NCBI RefSeq assembly: GCF_009914755.1
Contig: NC_060931.1
DNA length: 64,000 bases
Direction: 5' to 3' (one strand)
From: the human T2T-CHM13v2.0 reference genome, Homo sapiens
In this document: in pieces, positions 59,764 to 64,000 of the stretch
Layout: each line of letters opens with the position of its first letter
Numbering within the stretch: the stretch's first letter is position 1
Notes under the pieces: model-generated
Seen by the model: only the letters and a program-made list of their open reading frames with translations
Database searches by the model: none
Told to the model about the DNA's origin: nothing
Position numbers and translations under genes: made by a program

Positions 59764-62502
59764 AAATTGAGATGTTCTAACATAATTCCTGACTTAGAGA
59801 ATGAAAACATGCAGGTGTGCACAAATGAATGACTCTGCACAGATGAGAGACGCACTGGGGAGACAGGTAGCCTTGGAAGCTATGGGAGCTAAAGGTTCAG
59901 GATTATGGCATCTTTCAAGAAATTTGATCATAGAGAAAGAAGACATCCAGGGAGAGTCCTACAAAGAAAAACAGCCAAGTATGGTTTCCAGTAGAGGGGA
60001 CTCAGAATGACATAATTATATTTGGAAAAATGACACATTCTAGAAGACAAAATTAGAGTTTAAAAAGTTTAAAAGTGAGAAGTAATGGTGTTAGAGTCAG
60101 TAAACTTATGTGTTGCAAATAGATTGGGTAAAATAATTTGATGCCATCATTGGAATTACAAATTTAAACTCTGTTTTTTTTTAAAGGACACAAGGATTAT
60201 CTTAGCCAGCTGGCCCCCTTTGAAAAGCTGGCCCAACAGGACTAATATCTGAGAAAATCAAAATATGTGAAAATTCAGCCTCAAAAGTGAACATGGTCTA
60301 TTACTGAAATTCTAGTTATATTGAAGAATTAATTAAAATAATATAAATATTTCCATATTTAGAGGGAAAGCATGCTGAAGTAAATATATACTCATTATAC
60401 ATGTAGATTATATATACAATGAATTCAGCCTATACTGATGTATTTTTGTCATTTATTGAGTTATTAAAAAGTTTAATAATGCACCTTCATAAATACTGAA
60501 GTCAAAATATAAGTCATCTTACTGATTTAAAATTTATATGATGTAAGTAATTCAACATTAGACATGCTTTAATCCAAGTGAAAAAGAAAACTATAGGTGG
60601 CTGGAGCTCAGGAGCACTCACTGAGTGCTAGCTACTGAGCTAGATGGGAAGAAATAGGAAGGTAATATCCAGTCCATGCCGAATTCCCTAATTCCCAGAC
60701 AAGAGAGACCCCAAGAGTGCTATAAAAGCATGTGGGAGAGGGTAGCTCTTCTAGGTAGACCAGAACCCCCTGTGGAACATCTCATGTGGAGTGTAGCATA
60801 TAAAATTTGTGTTAAGGGAGGAGTAAACTTTGTTCATGGTAGGGGAGGCAATTAATAGGTTTAATATAGTTTGTCATTTCGGAAGATTTTATTTTAATAA
60901 ATCCCAAACGAGAAATTTTCTTTCCAAGCCCTGTGAATGTTGTAGGGATAGTTCATACAATATCCTTTATGGCAAAACATCATAAAACACCACTTAACTG
61001 AAAGGAAAGCTCAAAGTTAAACAATAGTGAAAGCACCATTAATTCACTACCTTAAACTGAAAAAGAAGAGTGGAAAGTGCTAGAAGAAAGACCATTTCCA
61101 AGGGATCCTGTTCACAAGAAGTCATCACAAGCTATTAAAACATCAGTCAATGTCAAAATGTCTTTACTGCACTGACCCACAGGTCATTTTATTATCTGAT
61201 TCCAGGAGTTGTGGATGGTACTATTTGCCAGAGGCACAAGAGAGCAAATTGCATTGTAGGAAATCAGGAGTCAAGATCTTACACTGAAATAAACACCAGT
61301 GTACCTGTTAATAAATATCATCTATAGTCAAATGAAAAATTAGCGTTACTCCTGTAAAGTATTAAGTTCAGTCAGACATAGATCCTAAATGAGGGTTAAA
61401 AATTGGATACAATATCAGTGCAAGTCTGGCATAATTGCTATTATGATGAATGCAATTCCTGGGTCATTTATCATTGCCAGGCAGGATGCTCTTAGCTCAC
61501 ACATGTATTTCCTGGATAGAAAGAGGCCTTATGGTTGATTATTTTGTCATAACCAGAATTTATTTTTCTGCTGGGGAGGGAGACGGACTTATTTGAAGAT
61601 GGAAAAAGGCCGTGGCTAGCACCAGAAAATCAAGAATTTAGCACACGAGTGCTAAAGTCCACAAAACAGGTTTCAACAGATAAACAGACAAAAGTCACCA
61701 GCTGCACTTGGGGATGAATGAGGAATCCTATTCATTCTGGCCTGTGACCTAGGAACTCAGCTTCTGTTACCAGAAACATAGCACCTAGCACTAATGAAGA
61801 CATGCCTCCAAGATAAAGAAGAGTGCTTTATCCCCTTAGACAACAATCTCAATCCCTAGTTACCCAGACAGCAGAGGTCCATACTGCCATGGCTGCAGCC
61901 AGTCCTGGGTGATTCACTCTGCCTAAAGTCCAACCATTCACTAAACTGATATTTTTTTTCTCCCATAATCCAACAGAACAACTACAGCCCAAAACTAAAT
62001 TGACACATGCACAATTATCAGGTAATCATTTTGAGTAGTGGTCTTGTACTAGCACACTCACATACCCAAGCTAAAAAAAAACCATTTGAAAAAAATAAAC
62101 CATTTGCCAAAGCCAGAGCCAGGGGAATTCACCTGTACAACCAGTTCCAGACAGAGCTTTGCCTCTGATTTCCCTGTCTACGCTGGACTACATGTGCACG
62201 ATGATAAATAACAATGCTGTGCTCCAATTACTGCGTAAGATGGTCTTTGAGCCTCCTGAACAACTGCCATGCCCAGTCTCTTCTATCTCCTGACATGTAA
62301 ATCCCCTGGCTACGTATATCTGATCCTGTTCCTTCTAGATTCCATGTGTATCTGCTCTTGCTTGTCAAGTTAGTAGTGACGGGTTGGATTATGTGGCATC
62401 AGAATAAATGTGGGTAAATATTTCTATATCAAGCAGAGAAAGACTAAAAGCTGGTTATCTGGCTTAAGACAGCCCAGTCTGTGTCTTTTCAGGAAGTACA
62501 AG

Positions 62503-62837
<335 letters not shown>

Positions 62838-62984
62838 AGGAAGTACAAGTTTTGACTGTTGGAGCAACCAGTACAACTCCAGGATTCCAAAGACTGGATC
62901 AAAATTTGAGAATAGTATCTGTAGGTCTTAAGCATTGTCTGTGGGCATGGATGGCTCTTTTTGATTCACCATCACAAAAATCAG

Positions 62985-63170
62985 CATAATTCTCAACTTC
63001 TTAAACTTGACTTCACATTGGAATCACAGGGAAGCTATTCACAATATGGGGCTTTGACACAATTAAATTTTAAAGATAGGACACTGGCATTAAACACACA
63101 CACACACACACACACACACACCACCCCAAGATAAATCTACTGTGTAGACAAGATTGAAAGACACTGGTTC
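62985..63170. mobile_element. MER5-like DNA transposon remnant containing (CA)n
   Basis: AAACTTGACTTCACATTGGAATCAC...AAGATTGAAAGACACTG; (CA)n at 63093-63121. Confidence 0.45.
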
Positions 63171-63451
63171 AGAGTGACAAAATGTTTAGAGACCTGTCTC
63201 TGGAGGTAAAAATATCAGTTCCATGGTCAGGTTGACACTGGTCACACAGTGTAATGTGGGCAACTTTCTCCTCTGCAGTGGTAATGTTCATCCCCTTGCT
63301 AAAGCGTGGTCTGTTACTGCAGCACCTTTTTTACCAGAGTTCCTATGTGAGTCCAGATTTTGCTTTATTTCCCCTTCTAACAGCAGGCTAGAAAAAAAAA
63401 AGATTTTGCTTCATCCAGACATGCCTGTTGCCTTAATTTGTACTTCATTAA

Positions 63452-63824
<373 letters not shown>

Positions 63825-64000
63825 CCAAGTCAATTTTTTAAAAACATGATATGTGTATTCATTTATGGCACTTGCATAATAAAAGCCTGATTGATTGTGT
63901 TTATTTCAAAATATCCCAAGTAAGTCCCAGTGAGAAACTGAACAGAAATGATAGTGGTGATTCCATGGGCAACAACAGACATAATTTATGGAGAAAATAC

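Overview
This is primate (catarrhine/hominoid, probably human) non-coding genomic DNA, made almost entirely of transposable elements. I found no credible host protein-coding exons. Most ORFs in the supplied track are artefacts of Alu, L1 or microsatellite sequence, or are retroviral remnants. From 3.7 to 48 kb there is a dense, heavily nested cluster of endogenous retroviruses. It contains: a 3'-truncated HERV9 (LTR12 plus gag) fused to a half Alu; a 5' HERV-L fragment carrying a solo LTR12C with a duplicated terminus and a ~255 bp G-rich expansion; an ancient, degraded ERV1-class provirus (env/IN/RNaseH/gag remnants) with many nested insertions; a U13 snoRNA retrocopy whose tail adjoins a ~560 bp polypyrimidine tract; and a HERV-H provirus whose 3' LTR is split by a 5'-inverted (twin-primed) L1PA, which itself carries an Alu. 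The last 16 kb is more ordinary Alu/L1M/L2 plus unique sequence. I did not find a new biological system; the best leads are structural or regulatory oddities in these elements. Subfamily names come from my recall of consensus sequences and boundaries of old elements are approximate, so both need RepeatMasker/Dfam confirmation.
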